The notes under the pieces: generated by a model
The model's database searches: none
Told to the model about the DNA's origin: nothing
The model's input: only the letters and a program-made list of their open reading frames with translations
Source: an uncultured virus (IMG/VR IMGVR_UViG_3300010383_000006)
Lineage: Duplodnaviria > Heunggongvirae > Uroviricota > Caudoviricetes
Length of the DNA stretch: 64,000 nucleotides
Virus record (IMG/VR): IMGVR_UViG_3300010383_000006
Strand: one strand, 5' to 3'
Part shown: piece by piece, positions 1 through 9,768 of the stretch
How the letters are laid out: the number at the start of each line of letters is the position of its first letter
Position numbering within the stretch: the first letter of the stretch is position 1
Made by a program: the position numbers and the translations under genes

Positions 1-198
1 GTCGCGCAACTGTTCGGCGCAGAACAGATCCATCCGCAGATTGGCCGTCACCTGATCGTCGGTCGCGACCACCGCCTTGCCGTCATCATCCACCATCGGG
101 GTGAACCCGAAGGTGTTGAGGGCGATATTGACGACGCCGTTCTGGAAACCGGCGACCGAGACCGCGTTCACAAAGGTGACGGGACATTTGTCTTTCAT
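1..198 (-). CDS. hypothetical protein, truncated by the window edge
   Basis: ATG at 198 just after the previous stop; open frame MKDKCPVTFVNAVSVAGFQNG... runs to position 1. Confidence 0.6.
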   Translation of the reverse strand, partial: MKDKCPVTFVNAVSVAGFQNGVVNIALNTFGFTPMVDDDGKAVVATDDQVTANLRMDLFCAEQLRD

Positions 199-208
199 GG
201 AGGCGCTC

Positions 209-720
209 CTACTTCTTGGCTGGCCCTGGCAGCTTGCTCAGGGTTTTGATGTGATTCTTGCGGTTCTCGACCACCCATTCATCAAGGATTTTGTGGCCGG
301 CGTCGATGTCGCCGCCGCCGATCTCAGCGACCTTTTCCGGCGAGATCACATATTCGCCGTCGGCCGCCATGATCGGCACGCCCTTGGCGCCGGGTTCTTG
401 GGGCCGCAGCGGCTCGCCGCCGTCGCCGAACATTTCCTCGAGGATGGCGAGGCCGTTGGCGGTGTTGCCCTCGCCGAGGCTCGACACATGGTCAGCCGGC
501 AGCACATAGGCCCCCTCCGGCACCTCGATCGGCACATGGTCGGCCCGGCCGCCGGTCGCGCCATCCAGCGCTCCGACATGGACCCGGCCGCCGTCGGCGC
601 GGCGCTGGCGCTTGATGCGATAGNNNNNNNNNNCGCCTGCTGCTGGGGATGACCCGCATTGACCATTTCGCGGACGTTCTCGCGAAACGCGGCGTCGCTG
701 GACGATTTGGTGAGCGGCAT
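209..720 (-). CDS. putative virion protein (spans an N gap)
   Basis: MPLTKSSSDAAFRENVREMVNAGHPQQQA before the gap, YRIKRQRRADGGRVHVG...ADGEYVISPE after it; the frame change coincides with Ns at 624-633. Confidence 0.7.
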
Positions 721-728
721 GGGGGTCC

Positions 729-971
729 TCAGTCCAAATAGTACGGCGTCTTGGCCAGCGTGCCGTCAGGCAGCGTGACCACGATAAACCCGGCCGGGTT
801 GGCGGGCAGCGTCGCCGCCCCCGCCGTCGCCGTCGAAGCGGTCCCGGTCTGCTGGGGGAAGATCGCGCGAATCGCCTGGATGAGTTGGCCGATATACCGG
901 ACGCCCTGCTGCTGCACCGTGACCAGATCGGTGACCGCGCCGCCTTGATGTTCGTTCGCGCCCTCGGCCAT
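729..971 (-). CDS. hypothetical virion-region protein
   Basis: 80-aa ORF tightly packed downstream of the tail tubular gene. Confidence 0.6.
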   Translation of the reverse strand: MAEGANEHQGGAVTDLVTVQQQGVRYIGQLIQAIRAIFPQQTGTASTATAGAATLPANPAGFIVVTLPDGTLAKTPYYLD

Positions 972-974
972 CCC

Positions 975-3032
975 TTACCTCCTGCCCACGGGCGACCACC
1001 GGAACCGCACGCGGCCGAGGCGCCAAAAACTTCCGAGATCCGAACTCTGCACGGTGATGCTCATTTGCCGACCACGGAATCGCACCGAAATATAATCCGT
1101 GGCCTGCGTCACCGTATAGGGGCCATACACCGTCGGAGTGTCGCCGGGGAAATTCACCACATTGAAGTAAAACGTCACCTGCGCCGTCGGCGACGCGCCG
1201 AACGTCCCCCATTTCATGTCGGGGATGATCTGGTCGATGAACGAATATTCCTCGCCCTCGGCGATGAAGAAATAACCGGTGGTGAAACTCGAAACCATCG
1301 GCGAATTGGCGGCGTTGTTGCCGGTCTCGTGCTGGAACACGACGCCGCCGGGATTGGCGCCGATCGGCATCCCGAGCACGGTCTGGTCGATCCACGCCGA
1401 GCGCGCCAGCGTGCCGTAATCCCACGGCGCGCCGGGCTCGGTGACGTTCATCTTGACGTAGGAATCGCACTCGCCGTTGACGCTGGCCTTTGAGGGATAC
1501 AGCCAGCCGACCTCGTTGAACGGGGTGTTGGGCATCGCGCGCACATTGCGCAGATAGTCGGTGTTGATGTTCTGGAACACGGCGTCCCACACCGGGCACG
1601 GCACCACGGTGACGCCGCCCGCGTTGTAGACGTAGAAATTGGTTTTCCCCATCCAGTAGACGCTGCCGCGGAATTGCTGCGCGGCATGGCTTGAGCACAA
1701 CCCGGCCCCGGCACCGATCTTGTTGAAACCGTACACGTCGGGATAGCCGATATAGCTCATCGCCCACAGGTCGAGGTCGGTCCAGATCAGGTTCTGGTTC
1801 GACACCGCCATGCCGCCCACGATCATCGAGCCGATCGGGATGCGGTAGCCGCCGGCCTGCGTCGCCGCATTCACCCGCCACTCGAAGAAATTGCCGAGGT
1901 CCGACCACTGCACCCACATCGGATCCTGCTGCACCCCGATGCCGGTGCCGGAGGCGGCGTAATCGATCGAGGATCCGTAGGCGATCAGGATTTGCTGCGA
2001 GGTCGAGACAAAAATGCCCGAGTTGAACACCGGCCCGCTCGGCACCAGCGAGGCGTTGAGAAACCCGCCGGTCGGATCCCAGTAATAAATCGCGCCGTTC
2101 TGCGGGCAGGCCAACGCGATCTGCCCCCAATTGTCGCTGGTCCAGTCGGTGGCGCTGATCGGGGTGCCGGTCTGGTTCGGCACCAGCGAGCCGGTGCCAT
2201 AGCCGCCGTCGCCGTAGGGGCCGAGGCCATAGCCCAGACCGCCCGGCGGCGGCCCGATGGCGATGTAATAGACCAGTTCGGCATTGCCGCCGTTCATCGC
2301 GAAGGTGGCCCCGGCCGTCGCGGTCTGCGCCACCGTGATGGTGAAATTGTCGGCGTCGATCACCGCGTTGACGGTGTAGGCCCCCTCGATGGTCACGCCA
2401 TCCTGCGTGGTGGGAATCGAGAACACCACGGTGTCGACCGTCGCGGTCAGGCCATGGTCGGCCAGCGCCACATTGACGATCGCGCTTGAGGCGTTGGTGG
2501 AAAACACCGGCACCGCGCCGCCGTTGCTCACCGTGGCGGTGGCCTGCGTCCGCGCCTGGATTTCATAGGTGGTCGCACCGGTCACCCGGAAAATCGGGTA
2601 CAGCCCCGACAAGATGACGCCGCCGACCGATACCGGGGTGTTGAAGAACACCGAATCGTAGGACGTCACGGTGTTGATGTTGGGATCGTCGACCTCGACC
2701 ACGTTGGATCCGGCGGCGGTGGAAAAGCTGGGCGCGAAATCCGACACCAGGGTTTGCGGGGTGATGCTCGACAGCGCGCCGTCGGTGATGACGCCCAGTT
2801 GCGTGGTGGTGCCGATCAGCAGATGACTATCAGCATTGAGGTCATCCCACGCGTGCATGTCGCGCGGCACACCGCCGATCGCCAAGGGATAGAACGGCAT
2901 CCAGCCGCCGTACTTCTGGGCAAGGCTGTCCTTAAACCGGATCAACTGGCTTTGCGCATATCCGGCGGTGAGCAGCGTCGGGGTTTTCTCGACGTTGATC
3001 CCGGGGACAAGCTGGACGCTTCCGAACGGCAT
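975..3032 (-). CDS. tail tubular/nozzle-like (packaged DNA stabilization) protein
   Basis: 685 aa, beta-rich, WSD and IWTD motifs, C-terminal WRLGRVRF; position in the tail module. Confidence 0.7.
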   Translation of the reverse strand: MPFGSVQLVPGINVEKTPTLLTAGYAQSQLIRFKDSLAQKYGGWMPFYPLAIGGVPRDMHAWDDLNADSHLLIGTTTQLGVITDGALSSITPQTLVSDFAPSFSTAAGSNVVEVDDPNINTVTSYDSVFFNTPVSVGGVILSGLYPIFRVTGATTYEIQARTQATATVSNGGAVPVFSTNASSAIVNVALADHGLTATVDTVVFSIPTTQDGVTIEGAYTVNAVIDADNFTITVAQTATAGATFAMNGGNAELVYYIAIGPPPGGLGYGLGPYGDGGYGTGSLVPNQTGTPISATDWTSDNWGQIALACPQNGAIYYWDPTGGFLNASLVPSGPVFNSGIFVSTSQQILIAYGSSIDYAASGTGIGVQQDPMWVQWSDLGNFFEWRVNAATQAGGYRIPIGSMIVGGMAVSNQNLIWTDLDLWAMSYIGYPDVYGFNKIGAGAGLCSSHAAQQFRGSVYWMGKTNFYVYNAGGVTVVPCPVWDAVFQNINTDYLRNVRAMPNTPFNEVGWLYPSKASVNGECDSYVKMNVTEPGAPWDYGTLARSAWIDQTVLGMPIGANPGGVVFQHETGNNAANSPMVSSFTTGYFFIAEGEEYSFIDQIIPDMKWGTFGASPTAQVTFYFNVVNFPGDTPTVYGPYTVTQATDYISVRFRGRQMSITVQSSDLGSFWRLGRVRFRWSPVGRR

Positions 3033-3044
3033 CCGCTGCTCCCC

Positions 3045-4031
3045 TTACGTTTTCACCAGCCAGACGCCGGAGACCTGCGACGGGTTCTGATTCGGCCGCA
3101 CGTCACCGGAGCCAAGGTTGGCGATCGTACCGGCCGGCGTATAGTTGCCGCGACTGGTGATGATTATGTTGCCGCTAAACACCGTGCCGATACCAAATCC
3201 ACCGCCCGGCGTGGTCGAATCCGAAAACCACCTCGCGTACCCAGCCGTAGAGGTTACCGTGATCGTCGCTGCTGTACCGGTAAAGGCCGGGGCCACTGCG
3301 GGCAGTTGGGCCTGTGAAATCTGAGCGCCCGACAATCCGCCCGCCGCGCCGAGCACCTGACCATCGATCCCGCACAGCGCCACGGTGATCCGGGTGCCGG
3401 TGCCGTCATAGGCCAGCGGCACGCGCCCGCGCAAATCCTGCACCCCGAAGGTGGTGGCCCCGTTGCCGCCGAACTTGGTGCCGTATTTGGCTCCCAATGC
3501 GGGATAGTCGGCGATGTTGTACACCGTGCCGTCGCACAGCAGGAACGGCCGTTTCGTACACGCCGCGATCCATGCGGGCAGGCCGCTTTCGCCGCCCTCG
3601 AACACCAATTTGCCGGGCCAGCCGAGATTGGCGAACCGCACATTGGTGCCGTCGCAATACACGCGCATCCGCGACCCTTGCGGAGTCGCAATCACCTCTC
3701 CGGTATCGATCGCGCGGAAGGTCAGCAGAAACGCCCCGGTGGTGTTGTTCTCGATCACATACACACCGGGGGTCGGCAGCGTGATCGCGACATTGGCGGT
3801 GAGCACACCGGAGAATTGGAGCACCGCGTTCTGCGACTGCACCGGCCCGGGGCCCGGGGTCGGGGTGAAACCGGCCGGTGACGACAGCGTGACCGGGGTA
3901 TTCGCCACCGCGATGTTGGCGATGCCCGCGAACATGCCGTCGATCGCGCCGAAATCGCTGTTGACCGGGGTGTCCCAGGTGCCGACATTCGAGCCGCGCA
4001 GCGGGACGGCAAGGCCGACGTTGACGGTCAA
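3045..4031 (-). CDS. tail fibre protein with tail-collar domain
   Basis: FLLCDG...YPALGAKYG...TTFGVQDLRGRVP collar signature. Confidence 0.8.
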   Translation of the reverse strand: MTVNVGLAVPLRGSNVGTWDTPVNSDFGAIDGMFAGIANIAVANTPVTLSSPAGFTPTPGPGPVQSQNAVLQFSGVLTANVAITLPTPGVYVIENNTTGAFLLTFRAIDTGEVIATPQGSRMRVYCDGTNVRFANLGWPGKLVFEGGESGLPAWIAACTKRPFLLCDGTVYNIADYPALGAKYGTKFGGNGATTFGVQDLRGRVPLAYDGTGTRITVALCGIDGQVLGAAGGLSGAQISQAQLPAVAPAFTGTAATITVTSTAGYARWFSDSTTPGGGFGIGTVFSGNIIITSRGNYTPAGTIANLGSGDVRPNQNPSQVSGVWLVKT

Positions 4032-4055
4032 TGGATCTGCGATGGTAGCCTCCTA

Positions 4056-4763
4056 TTAGGTTCGGGGCGGCGTCGCCACGGGATCCGGCTGTTTGCTCGA
4101 CCAGCCCTCGGATGTGAATTTCTTGCGTAATTCCTCGGTCAGCGCCGACGGCATCAGCGATTTCAGATGCGCCTCCCATGACACAGCAGATTGCGGGTTG
4201 TCACCTTGCGCCGAGAAATTCTGCTGATAGCCGCAGGCGAACACCATACCCGCCGCGATCACCAGATCGGGCAAATGGGCGGTGAGGAATGTGCTCTGAT
4301 TGGCGGCCGACATCGGAGGCGGGCGCTGGGTGCCGACCACCTCGACCTGATATGCTGCGTCGGGCCACGGCCCGACCACCAGATTCCATTGCGACACCAT
4401 ACCGAAATACTGCGGCACCCCGGCTCCGGCGGCGCTGGGGTAAAGCATGTCGAGCATGTCCTTGGTCGACGGCAACAGCGCCACCCGGGTGCCCTGATCG
4501 GGGTTCACCGTTCCCGCCGGGGTGATGACGTTGATGTTCTCGACCACCACGAATTCCTCGGGAATGGTGAGATTGCGGTTGCCAGCGGTCAGTGCCTGCG
4601 AGGCGTCCGACACCACGGTCGAAAGCAGATCGAGTTCGCGGTACAGCCGCTGCTCGAGATCGTCGATGATGTTGGGCAACGCCTCGACATACCCGGGGTC
4701 GTTGACCGGGACCACCAGCAGGTTGGACAGCGACGTGGTGAAGGTGTTGTACGTGAGCGCCAT
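4056..4763 (-). CDS. head-tail adaptor-like protein
   Basis: 235 aa; EQRLYREL and GVPQYF...VGPWPDAAYQVE pattern typical of podoviral adaptors. Confidence 0.6.
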   Translation of the reverse strand: MALTYNTFTTSLSNLLVVPVNDPGYVEALPNIIDDLEQRLYRELDLLSTVVSDASQALTAGNRNLTIPEEFVVVENINVITPAGTVNPDQGTRVALLPSTKDMLDMLYPSAAGAGVPQYFGMVSQWNLVVGPWPDAAYQVEVVGTQRPPPMSAANQSTFLTAHLPDLVIAAGMVFACGYQQNFSAQGDNPQSAVSWEAHLKSLMPSALTEELRKKFTSEGWSSKQPDPVATPPRT

Positions 4764-4772
4764 GGCAATCCT

Positions 4773-5678
4773 TTATTGCTTGTATCTCACGATGACGATG
4801 CCGGATCCTCCATCGCCACCGGTTCCCGTCGTTGAACCTGCCCCGTTTCCAGCCCCGCCTCCGCCCCCGCCTGTACTTGGCGTTCCTGCCGTCCCGGCCG
4901 CAGTGGAATTGCTCCCAGCACCGCCGCCACCGGCTCCGCCAGCGGCAGGAGAACCCGCACTATCAGTCCCGCCACCGCCGCCACCGCCATAAAACACAGG
5001 CGATCCGGTTATAGAGGACGAAACGCCATCACCGCCGACGCCGCCAACAGCACCAACGGCGGCGTTGCCGCCTACCGCATTTGCGCCGCCGCCGCCGCCA
5101 GCGCCGCACGTTGACGCGCAACTATTACCGCCATTGTTGCCCTGACCGACCGTGCCAGAGCCACCGGAGGTGTTGTATCCACCACCACCACCACTGCCGC
5201 CACTTCCGGCAACGTTGCCTTGGTAGTTACCTCCAGCACCGCCTCCGAGAGCGGTAAGACCAGCAAATGTACTGTTGCCACCGCTGGTAGAACTTCCGAC
5301 ACCTGGGGCACCTCCGACGCCGGCATTGCCGACCGTAACGGCATTTGACCCCGCAGGGGCGGTTGTTGATCCAGTTAGAACACCGCCGCCACCACCGCCG
5401 CCGCCGACGCCGACCGTCGAGGCGGTCAGAGCGCCACCGCCCCCGCCGCCTCCCCCGACAATCAAATATTCTACCGGAACAGAACCTGTGCAGGTGAGCG
5501 TCCCGCTCGCATTGAATGTATGGATGCGATAGCCGCCGGACGTCGTGACGTTTCCGCCCGCGCACCGAGGCGGTGTGCTGTAGAGCATCGAGCCGGACAG
5601 ACCCGGCACCATCTGCGCGCCGACAGGTGCGGCGCACAGGCCGAGCAGCAGGACGATGAGAGAGGCGAGTTTCTTCAT
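4773..5678 (-). CDS. glycine-rich tail-associated protein with signal peptide
   Basis: YRIHTF...VEYLIVGGGGGGG...GGSGIVIVRY glycine-rich domain; N-terminus MKKLASLIVLLLGLCAAPVGA-Q. Confidence 0.75.
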   Translation of the reverse strand: MKKLASLIVLLLGLCAAPVGAQMVPGLSGSMLYSTPPRCAGGNVTTSGGYRIHTFNASGTLTCTGSVPVEYLIVGGGGGGGGALTASTVGVGGGGGGGGVLTGSTTAPAGSNAVTVGNAGVGGAPGVGSSTSGGNSTFAGLTALGGGAGGNYQGNVAGSGGSGGGGGYNTSGGSGTVGQGNNGGNSCASTCGAGGGGGANAVGGNAAVGAVGGVGGDGVSSSITGSPVFYGGGGGGGTDSAGSPAAGGAGGGGAGSNSTAAGTAGTPSTGGGGGGAGNGAGSTTGTGGDGGSGIVIVRYKQ

Positions 5679-5679
5679 G

Positions 5680-7305
5680 TCAGTGCGTGATGTTGTTGGC
5701 GAGGGTGAAGTCGATGATCGAAGAACTGCGAACGAGATAGCAAACCCGATCGATCGCCCCGAGCGTCGAAGTCAGAGCTTTCCCCGAGACTCCACCGGCC
5801 GTGTACCAGTTCGAACCAAACGTGATCGTCACGACGGCGCCAGACGCGGGCTGGCTCAGGTAGATGCAGCCCTGTTGCCCATCCTTGGTATTTGTCGGAT
5901 TTGCCAACGTGTAATTCGTGGCACTCGTCGCGGTGAAAGTGAAATTGAAGCCCGTCGAGAAATCAGGGGTCACCGTCGTGGTGCCGGACAAGGCGACAAA
6001 CCCACCGGCCCCATTGAACACGGTATCGGTGGTCAGGGTTTTGTTGGAGGTCGCCGCCCAGATGTTGGAGGTCGTGGCCTTGTCGATCGCCACCGAGCCC
6101 GAGGTGGTGATGGTCGAGAACGACATCCCGGTGCCCGCCGCCACACTGGTCACGGTGCCGGTGCCGGCCGGCGACCATGCCGTGACGCCGGAGCCGTTGG
6201 TGGTCAGCGCATAACCATTGGTGCCGTTGGTGGCGGGCAACTGAAAGACTGTTCCGGTACCGGCCGCCGCCGCGGCCTGCACCACCACGCTGCCGCTGGT
6301 CGATCCGTTGAAGGTGAGCGCGCCGCCGGTGCCGCCATTCACGCCCAAGGTCGGGGTCGCGGTAGCCGAAATCACATTGGCCGACGCGGCGTTGAGCATG
6401 GTGCCCGCCGCGGCGGTGGCGGGCCATGTCGCGGTCGACCACGACGGCGTGGCACTGGCCCCGGAACGCAGCATCTGCCCCGCCGTGACGGTCCCGGCCA
6501 GGATTTGGGCCTGCGTCGCGTTCGACCAGAAAATGCCGCCATTAGAGGCGGTTAGAGCGGCGTTGGTGCCGCCATTGGCCAGCGCCAGCACACTGCTGCC
6601 CACCGCCGCAGATTGCGACAGATCGATGGCGCCGAACCCCATGGCGGCGCCGGCGCCGTCCACCCGCGCGATCTGGTTGGCCGCGCCGGTCAGCGACTGG
6701 GCGTTGGCGAGCGCGCCGGTGCCGTTGCCGACCAGCGACAAGGCCGGCACTTGCTGAAAGAACGCATAGGTAACGCCGTTGGTGTCGAGCGACACCACGC
6801 CGGCACCACTGACGGAAATCGGGGTCTGCCCGGTGATCGCGCCGCCGCCGCTCGATGTCACGCAGGTCGGGCAGGTCAGGATGCCGGTCATCGGATCGAG
6901 GATGATCGGCGCGGCCGCGCTCGACGCCAAGGTGCCCGAGGTGGTCGGCAGCAGAACGGTGGCGCTACCCGCGGCGCTTTGCGCGCTCAAGGTCGCGGTG
7001 CCGCTGCCGATGCCCGCGATGCCCAACTGGCCGGTTGAGGTGCCGGGAATGCCCAGCACCGGGGCAGTGGTCGCAGTCGGTGCCGCCGTCGCCCCGGTGG
7101 GGTTGCCGATCACGGTGCCGCCCGCGATCGGGGCCAGCACGCCGGGCGTGAGCGCCACCGGTCCCGGCAGGCCAGTGCTCGCGCCCGCATTGCCGCAGAA
7201 CTTGCCCGCGCCGAACTGGCCGCCGCAGCCCGATTGAGCATGAGCCGGCGCGGCCAGCGCCAGCGCCGCACCAAGGGCGAGGATGAGTTTAGAAAGCCGC
7301 ATCAT
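5680..7305 (-). CDS. tail fibre-like protein with signal peptide
   Basis: Gly/Ala/Thr-rich; VLALANGGTNA, GYALTTNGSG, GTVTSV fibre motifs; N-terminus MMRLSKLILALGAALALAAPAHA-Q. Confidence 0.75.
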   Translation of the reverse strand: MMRLSKLILALGAALALAAPAHAQSGCGGQFGAGKFCGNAGASTGLPGPVALTPGVLAPIAGGTVIGNPTGATAAPTATTAPVLGIPGTSTGQLGIAGIGSGTATLSAQSAAGSATVLLPTTSGTLASSAAAPIILDPMTGILTCPTCVTSSGGGAITGQTPISVSGAGVVSLDTNGVTYAFFQQVPALSLVGNGTGALANAQSLTGAANQIARVDGAGAAMGFGAIDLSQSAAVGSSVLALANGGTNAALTASNGGIFWSNATQAQILAGTVTAGQMLRSGASATPSWSTATWPATAAAGTMLNAASANVISATATPTLGVNGGTGGALTFNGSTSGSVVVQAAAAAGTGTVFQLPATNGTNGYALTTNGSGVTAWSPAGTGTVTSVAAGTGMSFSTITTSGSVAIDKATTSNIWAATSNKTLTTDTVFNGAGGFVALSGTTTVTPDFSTGFNFTFTATSATNYTLANPTNTKDGQQGCIYLSQPASGAVVTITFGSNWYTAGGVSGKALTSTLGAIDRVCYLVRSSSIIDFTLANNITH

Positions 7306-7771
7306 ACCAATTCCCTGCCGCAAGCGGGTTGAACCAGAAATAGCCGAACGGATTGTTGATGACGACTTGCGACAGCCCGTCCATGGTCTCGCCGCCGCTA
7401 AACGTCACCGTGATGGGGTTCTGATCGGCGTCGCCTTTGAGGTCCTTGACCAGCACCGGCATCCGATACAGCGATGCCAGATCAAGCACCACCGAGGTCG
7501 CGCCCGGAACGTCCTGGTTGACCAAAATCCGGGTGTCGGTGACCACCGAATCGTAAGCATAGGTGTCGGTGATGAAGGTCGGCGCGCGATAGACAAAAAA
7601 CGGCAACAGCACCGCCAACTGCTGCGTGGTGATCCCGTAATTGACGCCCTGCGCCCGGTTGCCGGGGGCCACGATCTCGAGCAGTTCGGTGCCGTCGAAT
7701 TCCGTCCCCGTAAACGGGGGCAGATCGGTCATCTGGCCGCCTGTGAAAATCCCGGGGTCCTGTTGCGCCAT
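7289..7771 (-). CDS. hypothetical tail-region protein
   Basis: 160 aa; VLVKDLKGDADQNPITV resembles fibre-associated beta-sandwich domains. Confidence 0.6.
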   Translation of the reverse strand: MAQQDPGIFTGGQMTDLPPFTGTEFDGTELLEIVAPGNRAQGVNYGITTQQLAVLLPFFVYRAPTFITDTYAYDSVVTDTRILVNQDVPGATSVVLDLASLYRMPVLVKDLKGDADQNPITVTFSGGETMDGLSQVVINNPFGYFWFNPLAAGNWYDAAF

Positions 7772-7779
7772 AACCGCTC

Positions 7780-8145
7780 TCAGTTGGTGTCAAAATACTT
7801 GTTGGCCTGCAGCGAGCGTGAACAGGTGCTGCCTTGCAGATACCGCGGCTGGCCTCCCTGCAACAGGCGCGGCCAGATTTCATCGATCGGGTACGGTTCG
7901 ACCCGGGCGTTCATCACCGGCACCGGGTCGGGCGGCAGCACGATGGTGCCCAACTGGCGCTGCAGATCATCGAGGCACTGATCGCAGACCAAAAGATTGG
8001 TGTTCTGGATCTGGGTGCCGCGCCACTCGTACTGGAATTGCAGCTTGTCGTGATTCGCAATGAAGCCGCAGCGCTGGCACGTCGCCCATGCCCTCGGGTT
8101 GGTCGAACTGACCTCGGCCTTTCTGGGATGCGGACGCCACGCCAC
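7780..8145 (-). CDS. Cys-containing neck-region protein
   Basis: CQRCGF...LLVCDQCLD two CxxC pairs. Confidence 0.65.
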   Translation of the reverse strand: MAWRPHPRKAEVSSTNPRAWATCQRCGFIANHDKLQFQYEWRGTQIQNTNLLVCDQCLDDLQRQLGTIVLPPDPVPVMNARVEPYPIDEIWPRLLQGGQPRYLQGSTCSRSLQANKYFDTN

Positions 8146-8148
8146 GGC

Positions 8149-8844
8149 CTACCTCCGGTAATAGGTGCCGATGCCCGGCGCGAGATTGAACGGCACGTTC
8201 TCGGTGTTCTGCGCGGCCGCGATGCCCCACGCCTTCTGCGCATCGGATTCGCGCTTTTCTTCAAGTTCCGGCTTGTAGACGCGCGCCACCCGATGCGCCA
8301 GCCCGGCGACGAACCAGTCGAGCCACAGATACGGCAGATCGGGGGTCTCGCCGCCTGCCAGATTGGCGTCCTGCATCTGCACGCAGGCGAAATAGTTGAA
8401 CACCTGCGCGATGCCTGCCTGCGGCACCGGCCACAGCGTCACCGTCGGCGCCAGCAGACGGTCGAACCAGAACGTGGTCGGCGGTCCCTGCGTGCTCTTG
8501 TTGGAATAGCTGGCGTACTCGGTGCGCGAGATCGGCGTGATGTAGCGATCATTCTGGTTGGTCAGGCCCTCGTTGGTGGTGATCCAGGCATCAAGGACCA
8601 TCACCACCCGGGGCGGGATGTCATAGGTCGCGGTGCCCGCCACCAGCGGGATCGACAGCTTCTCGACTTTCCACAGATTGACCTGCTTGTTGGCCGCCTC
8701 GGCGAGCAGGAAATTCAGTTCGCGCCGCGCCGTCACCATGTGCTCGGTGCGCAGCGACGGCGCGCGGATCTGAATGCGTTCATACGCCGCCAGCACCACC
8801 TCGCCGTTGGTCGCCGTGAAATCGTAAGTGCCAGACGACGCCAC
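8149..8844 (-). CDS. head-tail adaptor / tail tubular protein A-like
   Basis: MASSGTYDF..., NLWKVE, PISRTEYASYSNK, TLWPVP. Confidence 0.65.
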   Translation of the reverse strand: MASSGTYDFTATNGEVVLAAYERIQIRAPSLRTEHMVTARRELNFLLAEAANKQVNLWKVEKLSIPLVAGTATYDIPPRVVMVLDAWITTNEGLTNQNDRYITPISRTEYASYSNKSTQGPPTTFWFDRLLAPTVTLWPVPQAGIAQVFNYFACVQMQDANLAGGETPDLPYLWLDWFVAGLAHRVARVYKPELEEKRESDAQKAWGIAAAQNTENVPFNLAPGIGTYYRR

Positions 8845-8854
8845 GCCGCCCTCC

Positions 8855-9190
8855 TTAGTTGGTGGAGAAGCCCTGCAGCGAGATCATCTTGAGCGAACCG
8901 GTGAGAGCCGCAATCACCACCCGAACCCGCGCGATCGGCGCGTTGAACGTGGCGTCGGCGCTGGCCACGGTGCCGGCCGGAATATCGGCGCTGTCGTACC
9001 AAGTTGCATCATCGTCGGTCGCCAACGGATCGTTCAAGGTGTCGTAGCTGTACTGCAGTTTGTAATCGACCGTCCCCCCGTTGCTCAATTGGCACGAAAT
9101 CGAGGCGTGGAACGGCGCAATCGAGGGATCAAGATTCCACGACGCCTTGGTGCCGGTGGTGGTGTAGGTATCGACTCGCTCAAGCGGCAT
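8855..9190 (-). CDS. hypothetical virion protein
   Basis: 111-aa beta-rich ORF in the structural operon. Confidence 0.6.
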   Translation of the reverse strand: MPLERVDTYTTTGTKASWNLDPSIAPFHASISCQLSNGGTVDYKLQYSYDTLNDPLATDDDATWYDSADIPAGTVASADATFNAPIARVRVVIAALTGSLKMISLQGFSTN

Positions 9191-9199
9191 GGCAGATCC

Positions 9200-9439
9200 T
9201 CACTTGCGCGCCGGGCGGTCGGCCCGATGCCCGGGCTTCGCGCCATCGACCGCGATTTGGGGGAATTTCTTGCGCACCTTGGCGCGCACCTTGGCCTTGA
9301 GTTCGGAGGTACCGAACTGGCTCACCCGGGCCAGCGCGTTGCGCGCGTGGCTCATGTCATTGACCGGGTAGGAACGATCCGGCCCCGCGAAATCCGAGGC
9401 CGGAAGGTTGCCGCGCTGCCTAGTGGTGAGTTTCGCCAT
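9200..9439 (-). CDS. small basic phage protein
   Basis: LPASDFAGPDRSYPVNDMSHARNALARV motif; RBS GGAGAGG. Confidence 0.7.
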   Translation of the reverse strand: MAKLTTRQRGNLPASDFAGPDRSYPVNDMSHARNALARVSQFGTSELKAKVRAKVRKKFPQIAVDGAKPGHRADRPARK

Positions 9440-9493
9440 CGGTCCTCTCCAAGATCAGCCACCGGAGAGGCTTCGCCGGATGGCGACGTGACG

Positions 9494-9751
9494 TCAGTTC
9501 GCCTGCTTGCTCGGCGACGTGGTGCCGTGGGCGGTCGACAGCGGGGCCTTGTCGGCGCCGACGCGGCCACCCGACTTGCGGCCGGGACGATCGAGGCGAT
9601 GGCGCGCCTTGTCGCCGTCGGCCTTCATCGCCGCCTTGGCCTTGACCTTGCCGCCCTTCTTGCGGCTCTCGGCCTCCTTGAACACATCCGGGTTACCGGA
9701 CACCTTCATCGGGAGACCACCGCCGCCTGCTTTCTTCGCCTTGCCCTTCAT
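9494..9751 (-). CDS. small lysine-rich basic protein
   Basis: 85 aa with RKKGGKV and RKSGGRV. Confidence 0.65.
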   Translation of the reverse strand: MKGKAKKAGGGGLPMKVSGNPDVFKEAESRKKGGKVKAKAAMKADGDKARHRLDRPGRKSGGRVGADKAPLSTAHGTTSPSKQAN

Positions 9752-9768
9752 GGCTCAGTGTCCTTTGG

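Noticed and set aside
624..633. Apparent frameshifts here and at 53232-53241 and 59517-59541
   Set aside because: They coincide with N gaps of arbitrary length, so they are assembly artefacts rather than programmed frameshifts or pseudogenes
766..2130. 454-aa same-strand alternative-frame ORF within the tail tubular gene
   Set aside because: Arg-rich and motif-free; unlike the C5 MTase case, it supplies no missing functional motif
4800..5460. Dense GGC/GGT repeats
   Set aside because: Explained by poly-glycine coding
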